64,000 bases of DNA from an uncultured Holophagales bacterium (GTDB lineage: Bacteria > Acidobacteriota > Thermoanaerobaculia > UBA5066). A program made the translations under genes and the position numbers. This document shows positions 63,137 to 64,000 of this stretch, one piece after another. Location: the NCBI GenBank assembly GCA_964561935.1, contig CAZLQX010000005.1, forward strand, positions 131,939 through 195,938, given 5' to 3'. The notes below the pieces were generated by a model that was given only the letters and a program-made list of their open reading frames with translations, made no database searches and was not told the DNA's origin. Position 1 is the first letter of the stretch. Every line of letters starts with the position of its first letter.

Positions 63137-64000
63137 GTGCCGCTCTCCCCTCTCGCCGACCCGACGGCACCCTTGCGGGACGCATTCCGGAGCCACCTCG
63201 ACGCCTCCGGCCTCCTCGAGGGGGCGACCGCCCTCGTCGCCGCCTGCTCCGGCGGGAGCGACTCCACCGCCCTCCTCCTCCTCCTCGGAGGAGAGGCGAA
63301 GCGGCGGGGCCTCCCCCTCGTCGGGTTCCACGTCGACCACCAGCTCCGGGGGGCCGAGGGCCACCGGGACGCCCGGGCCGCGGCGGACCTCGCCGCCTCG
63401 CTCGGCCTCTCGTTCGTCTTCCGGAGCTTCCCCGTCCGCGAGCTCCGGCGCCGCGGCGAGAGCCTCGAGTCGGCCGCCCGGCGCCTCAGGTACGAGTCGC
63501 TCCTCGCCCTCGGGCGGGACCTCGGGACGGGGACGCTCCTCGCGACGGGACATACCCTCGAGGACCAGGCCGAGACCGTCCTCCTCCATCTCGAGCGGCG
63601 GCTCGGCCGCGCCCGAGGCGGCATCCGGGCCCGCCGGGCCGACGGTGTCGTTCGTCCGCTCCTTCCCTTCCGCCGGGCGGAGCTGCGCGCCTTCCTCTCC
63701 TCGGAGGGGGTCGCGTGGCGGGAGGACGCGTCGAACGAGGACGAGCGGTTCGCCCGGAACCGGGTCCGCTCGCGCCTCCTGCCGGAGCTCGAGTCGCGCT
63801 GGCCGGGGACGACGGCCCGGCTCGCCCGGGCCGGCGAAGCCTGGAACCGGCGTCTCGACGCCCTCGACGACCGGATCGCCCGGTCGCTCTCCGCCGCCGA
63901 CGCGCCCTTCGAGGGGCCCTGGCCGCGGACGCTGCTGGAATCGCTCGGCGTCGAGGCGGCGGGGCGCCTCCTCGTCCGCGCCGTCGGGGGCGAAGGCCGG
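63137..64000 (+). CDS. tilS: tRNA(Ile)-lysidine synthetase TilS, 3' partial
   Basis: The PP-loop LVAACSGGSDSTALLLLL, then HVDHQLRG... and the downstream TilS-like region. The GTG start at about 63137 is tentative. The gene runs off the window end. Confidence 0.7.
   Translation, partial: MPLSPLADPTAPLRDAFRSHLDASGLLEGATALVAACSGGSDSTALLLLLGGEAKRRGLPLVGFHVDHQLRGAEGHRDARAAADLAASLGLSFVFRSFPVRELRRRGESLESAARRLRYESLLALGRDLGTGTLLATGHTLEDQAETVLLHLERRLGRARGGIRARRADGVVRPLLPFRRAELRAFLSSEGVAWREDASNEDERFARNRVRSRLLPELESRWPGTTARLARAGEAWNRRLDALDDRIARSLSAADAPFEGPWPRTLLESLGVEAAGRLLVRAVGGEGR

Noticed and set aside
1-64000. CRISPR arrays, integrases/transposases, rRNA genes
   Set aside because: I looked for regularly spaced direct repeats and recombinase-like ORFs and found none. 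The only repeats seen are the two REP-like palindromes and amino-acid-level repeats inside TPR, beta-helix and VgrG genes.

Overview
This is a very high-GC (about 70 percent or more) bacterial chromosomal segment. The six-frame track is dominated by long Arg/Pro/Gly-rich antisense ORFs that I judge non-coding. I call about 50 real features. Bases 1 to 13.5 kb are housekeeping and metabolic: a partial TPR regulator, an EamA transporter, a membrane hydrolase, L-serine dehydratase, a class V serine-pyruvate aminotransferase, and an unusual class I aminotransferase fused to a PEP-carboxylase-like domain. Bases 13.7 to 20.2 kb are a pigment or lipid-tailoring-like neighbourhood: an MIO-type aromatic ammonia-lyase with an Ala-Cys-Gly triad, an LpxL-family acyltransferase, a LolA-like protein, a flavin halogenase with WxWxIP, and a TPR protein. 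Bases 20.7 to 23.4 kb hold two secreted proteins. Bases 23.5 to 62.9 kb are a large type VI secretion (T6SS) locus. It contains an orphan single-chain TssB-TssC-like sheath paralog with an unknown partner gene. A vgrG-PAAR-DUF4123 adaptor-HExxH toxin candidate-putative immunity island follows, then an interposed solute-binding protein. The complete core tssH(clpV)-G-F-E-C-B-A, tagJ(impE), hcp, tagF, tssM-L-K-J, fha and a divergent PpkA-like kinase come next. A tightly coupled DUF3999/DUF2339-like giant membrane protein/zinc-ribbon trio is co-oriented directly upstream. The window ends with a tRNA(CAU) immediately followed by tilS. Two copies of a REP-like palindromic element sit in intergenic regions. 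All calls rest on motif-level recognition and ORF arithmetic; I ran no database searches.
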